Below are positions 16,249-24,594 of a stretch of 56,560 nt of DNA, in pieces. The number at the start of each line of letters is the position of its first letter. The first letter of the stretch is position 1. The notes below the pieces were generated by a model that saw only the letters and a list, made by a program, of their open reading frames with translations, searched no databases and was not told where the DNA came from. The stretch is from a virus (taxonomy: Duplodnaviria > Caudoviricetes). The DNA is taken from positions 1-56,560 of the IMG/VR virus record IMGVR_UViG_3300035126_000207; one strand, 5' to 3'. The translations under genes were made by a program, and so were the position numbers.

Positions 16249-18662
16249 TGGCCGACTTTGAGCTGACGCTGCCCGATGGCAGCAAATACGCTGTCACCGC
16301 CGACACCGAGCAGCAAGCCTTCGCTGCTTTGCAGAAAATGCTTGGAGGCTCCATCCCGCAGCCAGAACCCGAGCGCGGCCTTTTGGGTCGTGCCGCAGAT
16401 TGGTTTTCTGGCGCCAATCGAGAAGAAAACATCGGCGGCCCGCTCTCCCTTGAGCTGCCGATGACGTCTGGGCAGTCTGCTCAGATGACCGCGCTCATGG
16501 CTACGACAATGTCGCCTGATCGCCTCAAGTCTGGCATCCTGAAAATTGAGCCTGACGCTCAGTTTCGCGAAGACAGTTTTGGTAACCTTGTCGCCCTTTG
16601 GCCGAGAAAGGACGAGAGCGGGAAGGTCACGGGCTATCAGCAGTTCTACCCGAACCCAGCTGGCCTTGACGTCTCCGACGTTATGCGCACATCGGGAGTC
16701 GTCGCGGCGGCAACACCTATTGGGCGCGCACTGAAGGTTGTTGGCCTACCTACGACTGGCCTTTTGGGTGGCGCAACCATTGGCGCAACTGAGGCTGCGC
16801 TAATTGAGGGGGCAAGTTCCCAGCTTTCCGACGCGCCATACCAATACTCTGACATCCCTTATGGCGCTCTGGGTGGCGCTGGCGGTGAAGTCCTCGGACG
16901 CGCGGTACAGAGACTTGTCGGGATCATCAGGTCTGCTGGGCCTCAATCTGTAGTGGACGCATCCGGGAATCTTCTTCCTAAATATGCTGAAATTGTCAAA
17001 AAAGCTGGTCTTGATCCAGATCAGGTTTCTGCCGCCGTCGCTGCCGACATCACAAATATGGTGAGGTCTGGGGCCGAGGGCAGCCAAGCGGCGATCACTG
17101 CTATGTCTCGCGGGCTTCCAGTGCCTGTCCCTATGACAAAAGGTCAAATCACCGGCAGCGCTGGTCAGCAGCTCTTTGAAGATATGGCTGGCAAGGAAGT
17201 ATATGGAAAAACTGCCGAGGCGCTGATCACTCGCCAGCGCCAGCGCCAGCAAGAAGCTCTGACAGAAAATCTTGACCAAATCCTTGAGGGGCTACGCCCC
17301 GGCTCTGCACCGATTAGCAGGGGCGTGGGCGGCATCAATGCGCAAGAGGCGCTTGTGCTCGCAAGGAAGGCGGAAGGAGCTGAGGCAAACCGTCTCTACA
17401 CTGAAGCGCGCGAAACTACTGCCATGGTGGACCCGGACGCCGCGCTTGACATAGCAGACAGTATGCGCGGCGCATACTCAGAAGGTTACAGCCCGTCCAC
17501 TGCGCCAATCATGTTCAAACTCCTTGATGAGTTTGACACCATTTCATTGGGCGGGAAAACCCCATCAGGAACCGTAGCGCCGGGCGACATCAGGACCATG
17601 ATGGAGTGGCGGCAAAAGGTCTCCAACCTGCGGAAAGGGCCGCCAACTGTAGAAGCCTCTGCTGCTACAGATGTTTTAAAAAGGTTCGACGATCAAGTTG
17701 AAAGCGCGATAAACGATGCTCTGCTGGCTGGAGATGCTGATGCCGTTGCAAAGTGGGGACTAGCCATTAGCAATTATGCAGACTTTGCGTCAAAATGGAA
17801 AAGCAAGGGCGGCGTCCTGAACCTTTTGACTGAAAAAGTAACCCGTGACGGCGAACGAGTTTTGAAGATTGCACCTGAACAGGCTGCTGATGTTATTTTT
17901 GGGGCGACCGTTAGTGGGCTTGCTAGCAAAACTGGCTTAGCTCGAGACTTGACAACACTGAAATCAACGCTCCCCGATGACGAGTGGAACCAGCTTCGGC
18001 AGGATGCTTTTATTCGCCTTATGGACACGTCTAAGGGGGCATTCCGCAGCGGAGAACAGCAGGTTTCTGGCGTCAACTTTAAGAAGGCGTGGGAGAATTT
18101 GCGTGAGAAAAATCCCAGCGTCGTGAATGCTTTGTTCACCCCTGATGAGCGAAAGCTGTTTCAGCAATTTGCAGATGTCTCGGCTCGTGCAACCAATACC
18201 GCTGTCAATGCTTCTAACTCGGCAGCTGCGATGGGTGGGATCATCCAGAGGCTTGCGTCATCGTTTGGCGGAACTCAACTCGCTCGCTTCATGATGACTG
18301 TTCCTCTCGCGCGCGGTTTTACCGAGGCACTGGGTGGCGCTAGGGCGGTCGGGGCGACAAAAGGGGTGGCCCCGCTTCCAAGAACCCCGTTGACAATTGG
18401 TGGCGCTGGGCTGGGGGCTGCGGCGGCTAACACCGAAGAAGGGCGCAGGCAGATTAATTCAATTCCGCCTGTTGTCGGTAACACGTACAATAAACTCATG
18501 GGCCTTCTCGTGGATGAACAAGGTTTCGCTCGCGGCGGCGACGTGAAGCTTCAGAAGCCCGCTTCTGGCCCTCTGGCGTCCATCTCTCAGGGTCTAAGGC
18601 AGTCTGCCATGCGCTCAGCACCGCTGCAGGCTGTGGCACGCGGCCAGAGGGGGATGCTTTAG
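16248..18662 (+). CDS. Putative large DNA ejection/transfer protein (P22 gp20/gp16-like role)
   Basis: MADFELTLPDGSKYAV N-terminus, hydrophobic Gly/Ala segments, MTKGQITG, NASNSA; last gene of the late arm. Confidence 0.6.
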   Translation: MADFELTLPDGSKYAVTADTEQQAFAALQKMLGGSIPQPEPERGLLGRAADWFSGANREENIGGPLSLELPMTSGQSAQMTALMATTMSPDRLKSGILKIEPDAQFREDSFGNLVALWPRKDESGKVTGYQQFYPNPAGLDVSDVMRTSGVVAAATPIGRALKVVGLPTTGLLGGATIGATEAALIEGASSQLSDAPYQYSDIPYGALGGAGGEVLGRAVQRLVGIIRSAGPQSVVDASGNLLPKYAEIVKKAGLDPDQVSAAVAADITNMVRSGAEGSQAAITAMSRGLPVPVPMTKGQITGSAGQQLFEDMAGKEVYGKTAEALITRQRQRQQEALTENLDQILEGLRPGSAPISRGVGGINAQEALVLARKAEGAEANRLYTEARETTAMVDPDAALDIADSMRGAYSEGYSPSTAPIMFKLLDEFDTISLGGKTPSGTVAPGDIRTMMEWRQKVSNLRKGPPTVEASAATDVLKRFDDQVESAINDALLAGDADAVAKWGLAISNYADFASKWKSKGGVLNLLTEKVTRDGERVLKIAPEQAADVIFGATVSGLASKTGLARDLTTLKSTLPDDEWNQLRQDAFIRLMDTSKGAFRSGEQQVSGVNFKKAWENLREKNPSVVNALFTPDERKLFQQFADVSARATNTAVNASNSAAAMGGIIQRLASSFGGTQLARFMMTVPLARGFTEALGGARAVGATKGVAPLPRTPLTIGGAGLGAAAANTEEGRRQINSIPPVVGNTYNKLMGLLVDEQGFARGGDVKLQKPASGPLASISQGLRQSAMRSAPLQAVARGQRGML

Positions 18663-18696
18663 CGATCGACCAGCCCGCCGATCTTCCGTAGGTTTA

Positions 18697-18790
18697 ATCG
18701 TGAGGGGCGCTAATGGTGGATGGTGAGCCGTAGCGCAGTCTGACCGTCGACCAATACAAAACCGCAGGTTTCGTATGCGCCCCTCGTGAT
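18697..18790. ncRNA. Candidate three-way-junction RNA or bidirectional terminator between convergent arms
   Basis: Closing stem ATCGTGAGGGGCGC/GCGCCCCTCGTGAT enclosing two hairpins (TGGT-GATGGT/ACCGTC-ACCA; ATAC-AAACC/GGTTT-GTAT). Confidence 0.45.
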
Positions 18791-18794
18791 AAAT

Positions 18795-18992
18795 TTATCG
18801 GGTCAGTTTGCGGCCCGCAATCGCTTTTTCCTCGGCCTCGGCCTTGATGCGGGTGATCTGAGACAGGTTTTGGCGGGCCATATATTCAATCAGCTGCAGT
18901 TGCTCCTCAGTCACCCACCACGCCGGTAGTTTGATGTAACCGGCGCGTCGTAAGGCTCGTGCGCCGGGGCTGTTGCTAACGTCGCGGGTCAT
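18795..18992 (-). CDS. Hypothetical protein
   Basis: ATGA-coupled member of the minus-strand operon. Confidence 0.65.
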   Translation of the reverse strand: MTRDVSNSPGARALRRAGYIKLPAWWVTEEQLQLIEYMARQNLSQITRIKAEAEEKAIAGRKLTR

Positions 18993-19195
18993 GGTGCCTT
19001 ATCGACCATCCGACCGTGCGTTATGTTCTTCTGGCCCCGGACTTTGGAGTTGTCCCACGTCCAGCACTCGCCGTTGCTGTCGTTGAAGCAGACCCAAAGC
19101 AGGTTATGCTCAGGCCCATAGTCCATGACGAAGTGCGCCAGAGCGGAACCCTTGGGCGTGTCCAAGGGGATAGGCGGGTTAAGTTGCAGGATCAT
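18989..19195 (-). CDS. Hypothetical phage protein
   Basis: MILQLNPPIPLDTPKG..DYGPEHNLLWVCF; ATGA coupling. Confidence 0.7.
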   Translation of the reverse strand: MILQLNPPIPLDTPKGSALAHFVMDYGPEHNLLWVCFNDSNGECWTWDNSKVRGQKNITHGRMVDKAP

Positions 19196-19368
19196 GTCTG
19201 TTTTCCATCCTCGATCAATTCGTGCTGCACGATGGCCAGCACACCCACGGCAGCGGCCAGCGTCACCCGCCCGCTGTATTCATAGATCAACTCTCTGATG
19301 CGCTCGGCCATCTCGCCCGTCACGTCCTCGGCCCTCTGGCCCGCACCGGGTATGACTTTCAGGGTCAC
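19192..19368 (-). CDS. Hypothetical 58-aa protein (not in the ORF track)
   Basis: GTG start overlapping the upstream stop, RBS GGAAGGAG; MTLKVIPGAGQRAEDVTGEMAERIRELIYEY... Confidence 0.65.
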   Translation of the reverse strand: MTLKVIPGAGQRAEDVTGEMAERIRELIYEYSGRVTLAAAVGVLAIVQHELIEDGKQT

Positions 19369-19649
19369 GGCTCCTTCCCCTCAATAAGCTGGGCGATCTG
19401 GTTGGCCAAGAAACCGATCTTCAGGTTCGTGCCAGTCACCCGATGGGCGATGGCGTGTAGGGCTTCTTCGGTGAGTTCAAAGGTCGTAGACCTTCCGCCG
19501 CATGACTGACAGTCGCGGCGTCTCCTGACTGCGTGGGCGGCGACACCAAACGCTTCCATGTGGACGGGTCTACTGTCAGCAGTCCCGCCCAAACTTTTTT
19601 CTCCGCACAGCGGGCAATACATATGGTTGATTTTCAATGCTCCGCTCAT
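19365..19649 (-). CDS. NrdR-like N-terminal zinc-ribbon protein without ATP cone
   Basis: MYCPLCG..DSR..VRRRRDCQSCGGRSTTFE; ATG 19649 with GGAGGAG RBS. Confidence 0.7.
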   Translation of the reverse strand: MSGALKINHMYCPLCGEKSLGGTADSRPVHMEAFGVAAHAVRRRRDCQSCGGRSTTFELTEEALHAIAHRVTGTNLKIGFLANQIAQLIEGKEP

Positions 19650-19837
19650 GTCTTCTCCTCCTTCACATTCGCCCGCAGATACAGCCGCTTCGACCCGGCC
19701 CCGCAGGTCGGGCATTTGGTTTCCCGCACCAGCTTGCTCAGCTTCTTCACGTCCATCGGGAAGACCGCATCGGGGGTGCTGAAGTTGGTTTCGCAGTCTC
19801 CGCAGCGGAAGTGCATGCGGTTGTCTAGGTCGGTCAT
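19646..19837 (-). CDS. Small zinc-ribbon protein
   Basis: CGDC...CPTC. Confidence 0.65.
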   Translation of the reverse strand: MTDLDNRMHFRCGDCETNFSTPDAVFPMDVKKLSKLVRETKCPTCGAGSKRLYLRANVKEEKT

Positions 19838-20367
19838 GTCTTCTCTCCCTCAATCTCGGCCAGCGTGGCGCGGGCGATTTTACCAAAATCTGTGCTTCCG
19901 AGACCCCAAGGGCCATCACTTGGCAGGCCGTATCTATTTTCGTCCGCATAGAACCGCAGCACCTCCACCGCCTTCGCCAGCTCCTCCCGCAGCTCGTGCA
20001 TCTCGTTGTGCCACTCGCCGCAATAGCCAGTGTTGAAACAGTCAGAGCAGCCATACGGCTCAGGCGCTCCTCTGGGGCCGCTGCAAGTCATGCACACCCC
20101 CTGTCGCCCAGCAACATCTTGCCAGTGGTCCCTCTCCTTCTCCAACTCCTCCGCATAAGCCTCGGCCTCCTTGGCGTCAGCACGGGCGGCTTCGAGTTGC
20201 TCGGTCATGGCTTCGATGCGCTTCGTTACCGTGGCAAGAGCCTCAGCGCTGTCGCACTGGCAGTCTGGGTCATGCAGACCACGGCCTTTGTATGCCTCGT
20301 GGCAGCGGCATCGAACCACGTCGACAAGTTCTGCCAGAGCCTGCTTCACCAGTTCTTCGTCAGTCAT
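19834..20367 (-). CDS. Hypothetical coiled-coil/Cys-rich protein
   Basis: CRC..DCQCD, coiled coil, CMTC..CSDC; GGAGG RBS. Confidence 0.65.
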   Translation of the reverse strand: MTDEELVKQALAELVDVVRCRCHEAYKGRGLHDPDCQCDSAEALATVTKRIEAMTEQLEAARADAKEAEAYAEELEKERDHWQDVAGRQGVCMTCSGPRGAPEPYGCSDCFNTGYCGEWHNEMHELREELAKAVEVLRFYADENRYGLPSDGPWGLGSTDFGKIARATLAEIEGEKT

Positions 20368-20368
20368 G

Positions 20369-20557
20369 TCAGTCCCTCCATGTTTTCATCAGCAGCGAGT
20401 TCAGATGCACAACTTCACCAAGCCTCGCCATGCGCCATCTCCCCCACGCCCAACTGTATCCGTCCTCTGGGTATGACTTCCGCACCATCACGACAGGGAG
20501 CCACCCCCACTTGAGGTGGATGCAGACTTGCTGTGCGTCATGCGATGGTTCACTCAT
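20369..20557 (-). CDS. Hypothetical protein
   Basis: MSEPSHDAQQ..., ATG 20557 overlapping the upstream small gene. Confidence 0.5.
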   Translation of the reverse strand: MSEPSHDAQQVCIHLKWGWLPVVMVRKSYPEDGYSWAWGRWRMARLGEVVHLNSLLMKTWRD

Positions 20558-20696
20558 CCCCGTGGCCTCCGCTAGTGCAGATGGTGATAACGCCAAAAAT
20601 GACTGCGACAGGGACAACCCACGCAACGATGAGCATGGTCAGGGCAAAGCCCAGCATTACAAACTCCGCCATACCCTCGACAAAGGTCTCAATCAT
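20550..20696 (-). CDS. Small membrane protein (48 aa, not in the ORF track)
   Basis: MIETFVEGMAEFVMLGFALTMLIVAWVVPVAVIFGVITIC... Confidence 0.5.
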   Translation of the reverse strand: MIETFVEGMAEFVMLGFALTMLIVAWVVPVAVIFGVITICTSGGHGDE

Positions 20697-20913
20697 AGTC
20701 CTTCACCCCATGCTTCTCGATGTCCTTGAGCATCAGCATCAGCGCCTTCTGCACGTCCTCGACGCTCTCCCCGGTCACTTTGATAGGCTCGTCGGTCCAT
20801 GCAGGCCCATCGTCCATCTCGTAGAGTTCGTGGATGGCGTAGTAGTATTCCCCGTCCACTTCGTTCGGTCGCGCCAGCTTGTGACGCATGAGTTGGTAGT
20901 GCCAGTGGCTCAT
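20689..20913 (-). CDS. Hypothetical phage protein
   Basis: MSHWHYQLMRH..YYAIHELY..GESVED; ATGA coupling. Confidence 0.7.
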   Translation of the reverse strand: MSHWHYQLMRHKLARPNEVDGEYYYAIHELYEMDDGPAWTDEPIKVTGESVEDVQKALMLMLKDIEKHGVKDYD

Positions 20914-21320
20914 CTCGGCCTCCGTTGCTTGCTGTCTCGCCAGTCACACGTCCCGATCTGCACCACGATGCCGGGGAAGCCGTCGATGCGGCGGTACTCG
21001 CTAGAGTTTGTGTGCCAAAAAAAACTATTACCAATGGGTTCATCCTGCCATGCATAGATTTCTCCGTCCTGATCCCGTGACACCCACTTTACCCACGCAG
21101 GCAGCTTCTCCCATGCGATCACGTCTTGTGTCTTTGGCAGGGGGACGGTGCGGTAGGTGCCGTGATCGGTGAAACCACCTGAAGTTTTTATAAACCACGG
21201 ACTCCCAAGTGTTGTTACGAGAAAATCCCCACCTGCCTTCTCATGCTCATGCAGCGCAGCCTTTTCCTCTTCGGTCAGCAGGCCGTACTGCACTCGGTTG
21301 TTGGTCATGTCTACGGTCAT
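20910..21320 (-). CDS. Hypothetical phage protein
   Basis: LPAWVKWVSRDQDGEIYAW..CDWRDS. Confidence 0.7.
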   Translation of the reverse strand: MTVDMTNNRVQYGLLTEEEKAALHEHEKAGGDFLVTTLGSPWFIKTSGGFTDHGTYRTVPLPKTQDVIAWEKLPAWVKWVSRDQDGEIYAWQDEPIGNSFFWHTNSSEYRRIDGFPGIVVQIGTCDWRDSKQRRPR

Positions 21321-21568
21321 TTCAAAACACTCCTGACCTTCTTCTCAAAGTTCGCCTGAGCGGCATCTGTGGCTGACAGAACGTCAACGTATTCGTCCAA
21401 CGCAATGCCGCCGGGCATCCCAAGATACACGCCAACCTTGTCGTCAAAGCGGTGCAGTTCGTATGTGCCGACGATGCTATATGCGACAAGCCATAGGCCG
21501 CCAGTTGCGCCTTCTGGGATGGTCACGTCGCGCCAGATCAGGCTTTTGATCTTGACCTGTTTGCTCAT
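21317..21568 (-). CDS. Hypothetical protein
   Basis: MSKQVKIKSLIW..., ATGA coupling. Confidence 0.65.
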   Translation of the reverse strand: MSKQVKIKSLIWRDVTIPEGATGGLWLVAYSIVGTYELHRFDDKVGVYLGMPGGIALDEYVDVLSATDAAQANFEKKVRSVLK

Positions 21569-21780
21569 CTCCGCCCCCGCTCCCAAGCCAGCCGCGACAG
21601 GCGGTTTGCCAGCGTGTCGATGTCCTCGACAGTCATCTGCCGATTTTCAAGGATGGCATAGTAGACAAAGTTCATGAACCGCTTGGGCGGTAGCACGGAT
21701 GCGGCGTTGCTGATCCCCATTGCGGCCTCTGCCTGCACGTCGCGGTGCGGCATGACCGCCTGCTTCTTTCTCCAGAACAT
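21565..21780 (-). CDS. Hypothetical protein
   Basis: GGGAG RBS, ATG 21780. Confidence 0.65.
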   Translation of the reverse strand: MFWRKKQAVMPHRDVQAEAAMGISNAASVLPPKRFMNFVYYAILENRQMTVEDIDTLANRLSRLAWERGRR

Positions 21781-21790
21781 ATTGATCTCC

Positions 21791-22054
21791 CTAGTGTGTT
21801 GTTTGCTTGCTTTTCATTTCGTCGTGCAGGTCTGCCGTCATCCGAAGACCGAGCGAAATCCTGTCTTTGCTGATGCCCTTGGTGTCGCCGTAAGTGTAAA
21901 TCGCGGCGATCAGAGACGAGATTATTTCCCTCGGGTCTTCTTGGTAGGCGCTGTAGATCGTCAACGTCAGCGCGCACAGTTCGGCCTCGTCCATCTCATC
22001 GGGCAGCGCGTCTATCACGGCAGTCAAGTGAGCGTCTGTCATGTTCTTGCTCAT
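21791..22054 (-). CDS. Hypothetical protein
   Basis: MSKNMTDAHLTAVIDALPDE..., ATGA coupling to the upstream gene. Confidence 0.6.
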   Translation of the reverse strand: MSKNMTDAHLTAVIDALPDEMDEAELCALTLTIYSAYQEDPREIISSLIAAIYTYGDTKGISKDRISLGLRMTADLHDEMKSKQTTH

Positions 22055-22467
22055 GCCAGCACCCGCAGGTCCATAGCGTCCAAAGCCCACAGTTCCGTGT
22101 GTGGCAGCCGCATCGTACGCAGCTCCGCCTCCACGTCCCTCACCTCGGCTCCCAGCGCGTTGGCCAGCTCGTAAACCGTCGCCGCCCCGTTGCCGAGTTC
22201 GGCGCGGATGCGGTCGCGCAGGCTGGTGTCGGACGTCGCATCCTTTTCGCTGCCGTGCAGCGCGATGCAGAGCCACGGCGTCTTTTCCGGCTGCTGGATG
22301 TTCGGCACGAGGTTGGCCATGATTTTCATGCCGGGCCGCACGTTGGCTTCCAGAGCCAGCTTGGACGGGATGAAGATGTTTTCGGTCATAGCATCCGCCC
22401 GCACGGCGAAGGTTGTGCCGGTCTGGAGGCGGTTCGTTACAATGATCTCAACGGGTTGCATTTGCAT
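22051..22467 (-). CDS. Hypothetical protein with C-terminal winged-helix-like segment
   Basis: LRDRIRAELGNGAATVYELANALG...VEAEL. Confidence 0.6.
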   Translation of the reverse strand: MQMQPVEIIVTNRLQTGTTFAVRADAMTENIFIPSKLALEANVRPGMKIMANLVPNIQQPEKTPWLCIALHGSEKDATSDTSLRDRIRAELGNGAATVYELANALGAEVRDVEAELRTMRLPHTELWALDAMDLRVLA

Positions 22468-22658
22468 CACTCCACCCCCAGCCGATCCAGCGCGAAAAAC
22501 GATTTCCGGTACGATGCGATCAGGCGGTCAACGCTGGCAATTCTGGCCTGTATATGCGGGGTGGGCGCAGTGTCGTTGCAGGTGGTCAGCGTTTCGCGGT
22601 AATCCCACAGCGCGGTCAGCACGATGTGGGTGTCCATTGCTCCGAGTCTGATTGCCAT
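22467..22658 (-). CDS. Hypothetical protein
   Basis: MAIRLGAMDTHIVLTALWDYRE; tightly packed in the operon. Confidence 0.55.
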   Translation of the reverse strand: MAIRLGAMDTHIVLTALWDYRETLTTCNDTAPTPHIQARIASVDRLIASYRKSFFALDRLGVE

Positions 22659-22761
22659 TTTACCACCCCATCCCGTGGCCAAACAGAAGGGCCGCGTACA
22701 GTACGGCGAAGATGCACAGGGTTCCGATCATGGCGGAAAGGACGTCGCGGATACGCATGGT

Positions 22762-22956
22762 TTATTTTCCTTTGTTTGCATTAATTGCGGCGATCAAGCG
22801 CAGGCGCAGTTCAGCGCGGCGTAACAGAAACATGATCTCGCCAGTGTCGTGGTAGTTCGGGTGGTCGTCGGTGTAATTGCGCTCGATGTCGCGGTCGATA
22901 CACTCCAGAGCCGCTTCGGCCTGCTCCAGAGTGATGAGGATGGTTGGGTCTGACAT
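22762..22956 (-). CDS. Hypothetical protein
   Basis: AAGGA RBS, MSDPTILITLEQAEAALEC... Confidence 0.6.
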   Translation of the reverse strand: MSDPTILITLEQAEAALECIDRDIERNYTDDHPNYHDTGEIMFLLRRAELRLRLIAAINANKGK

Positions 22957-22970
22957 GTTGTTAGTTTCCT

Positions 22971-23099
22971 TCAAAACGGCGGCTCTTCGCCGGGGTAAGT
23001 CGGTTTCCACTGGGGCGGCGCGTAGGCCGCTGGCTGGGGGCGGGGTTTTGGCGGGGCGATGACGCCCAGCCTGCTGAGTTCAAGTTCTAAGTCGGTCAT
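22971..23099 (-). CDS. Small Pro-rich protein (42 aa, not in the ORF track)
   Basis: MTDLELELSRLGVIAPPKPRPQPAAYAPPQWKPTYPGEEPPF; ATGA coupling. Confidence 0.6.
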   Translation of the reverse strand: MTDLELELSRLGVIAPPKPRPQPAAYAPPQWKPTYPGEEPPF

Positions 23100-23731
23100 G
23101 CGGCGACCGGGCGTGAAATCTTGGTCTGCTTCACGCCGTCGCGGCTGTCGTGGTCTTTGATGGTAGCTTTGACCGAGACCGCGTTGCCCTTCTCGCCGAG
23201 CAGGTTGGTGCCCTTGTAGACCACCACATTGCCGTCGACGTCATGCATGACGTGCAGGTAGCTGGTGCCGTACATGCCCGACATCTCGAAAACCATGCGG
23301 ATGGTCAGGTCGAACACGCGACGCTGGCCGATCTCGCCGATCCAGCCCGACTTGTCGGCGTCGGCCTGACGCGCCTCTTCGCGAGCCTTAGCACGCTCTG
23401 CCACGCGGGCCTCGCCACGCTCGATCATGGCCAGCACGACCTTGGTCTGGCCTTCGGTCAGGCCGCCCCACTCGTTCACGCTCGAGCGCATCTTGCCGTA
23501 AAACTCACCGAGGCTGGCTTTTACGACCGGGTGAGTGGCGTCGAAGTTTCCATCATCACGATACGTCGGCTCGAACTCGTCCAGCTCGAACAGGAACGCA
23601 TTGGCACGCGCGCCGTCGGCGGTGGCCAGCCATTTGGCTGCTCGGGTCTTGCGGGCGTTGATGCTGATGTTGCGCGCGATAGCAGCCTCGTAGGCTGCTT
23701 CGTTTTCGACGTAGTGTTTCCAAGTTGCCAT
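23096..23731 (-). CDS. First early gene; C-terminal OB-fold-like domain
   Basis: SGWIGEIGQR...GMYG...DGNVVVYKG...VKATIKDH...GVKQTKISRP; AAGGAG RBS. Confidence 0.7.
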   Translation of the reverse strand: MATWKHYVENEAAYEAAIARNISINARKTRAAKWLATADGARANAFLFELDEFEPTYRDDGNFDATHPVVKASLGEFYGKMRSSVNEWGGLTEGQTKVVLAMIERGEARVAERAKAREEARQADADKSGWIGEIGQRRVFDLTIRMVFEMSGMYGTSYLHVMHDVDGNVVVYKGTNLLGEKGNAVSVKATIKDHDSRDGVKQTKISRPVAA

Positions 23732-23763
23732 GGTCGTCTCCTTGTTTGCTAGTTCGTGTCACC

Positions 23764-23834
23764 ACCATACAGCCCGCCCCACCTCATGCAAGCAGAAAAA
23801 TGCGCTTGACGCAAAATTATTTCACAAATAGACA
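23764..23834. promoter_or_regulatory. Divergent sigma70-like promoters
   Basis: Minus: TTGCAT (23791-86) - 16 - TATGGT (23769-64); plus: TTGACG (23806) - 17 - TAGACA (23829). Confidence 0.5.
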
Positions 23835-23861
23835 GATCGAACCGAAGCACAGGAGGATGCC

Positions 23862-24062
23862 GTGAAGGCGCAAGATTTAATCAGACAATGGGCGAAAGAC
23901 GGCGGGCGCAAGCTCGGCTGGCTGGCCGACCAAATCCCGGTCGCGAAGTCCAGCATGTCACGCTGGATGCAGGGCGGCATCGTGCCGGGCGCGATCTACC
24001 GCAACCGCATCGCCCAGATCACCGGGCTGGAAAGCCTGCGCGACCGGGAGCCGTGGAAATGA
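23862..24062 (+). CDS. Cro/XRE-like HTH regulator
   Basis: KLGWLADQIPVAKSSMSRWMQGGIVP...RIAQIT; AGGAGG RBS. Confidence 0.7.
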   Translation: MKAQDLIRQWAKDGGRKLGWLADQIPVAKSSMSRWMQGGIVPGAIYRNRIAQITGLESLRDREPWK

Positions 24063-24373
24063 ACAGGTCGGAAATTTTGGACACCGCCAAAGAGTACGTC
24101 ACCAAGGATCGGCAGGAAGCGCACGGCGACGCCGAGGCCAACTTCGGTCTCATCGCTGCCTACTGGTCGGCCCACCTTGGGCGGAACATCAAGCCGCACG
24201 ACGTCGCCGTCATGATGACGCTGTTGAAGCTGGCACGCGCCAAGTCGAACCCGGCCAACGCTGACAACTGGGTCGACGGCTGCGGCTATCTGGCTTGCGG
24301 CGGTGAGATTGCTGACAAGGAGAAAGACATGCAGGCCAAGATGCTGGTCGGGTTGAGGGGCGAGGCTCTTTGA
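24059..24373 (+). CDS. DUF6378-like protein
   Basis: ILDTA..VTKDRQEAHGDAEANF..IAAYWS..DVAVMM.LLKLAR..DNWVDGCGY. Confidence 0.8.
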   Translation: MNRSEILDTAKEYVTKDRQEAHGDAEANFGLIAAYWSAHLGRNIKPHDVAVMMTLLKLARAKSNPANADNWVDGCGYLACGGEIADKEKDMQAKMLVGLRGEAL

Positions 24374-24594
24374 GGCCAGACAGGACTGAGGCAGAATGGC
24401 ATTGCCTGCGTGTTGCGGCACGCGGGCAAGAGCCAACGCACGCAGAAAAGGTGGCGACAATTTTTAGTGTTCAAGAGCTGAAAGGTTACATGCTGCAACT
24501 GCGAAAAGAACTTCGGTTAGATGCCGATGCTAGGGCGGCCATTGATGGCAGGCTTTCAGAACTGGAAGTTTTTTATGGGCGAAAATTACGATAA
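24370..24594 (+). CDS. Hypothetical protein
   Basis: TTGA coupling; lower GC. Confidence 0.5.
   Translation: MRPDRTEAEWHCLRVAARGQEPTHAEKVATIFSVQELKGYMLQLRKELRLDADARAAIDGRLSELEVFYGRKLR

Noticed and set aside
18697-18790. tRNA or tRNA-like gene
   Set aside because: No TTC-containing T-loop, D-loop or four-arm cloverleaf.
19365-20054. 229-aa ORF as given in the track
   Set aside because: Its 5' part overlaps two better-supported genes; the real start is the RBS-preceded ATG at 19649.
23862-24062. Lysogeny switch / temperate lifestyle
   Set aside because: Only small Cro/XRE-like HTH genes; no integrase, partition genes or CI-like repressor with a peptidase domain recognised.
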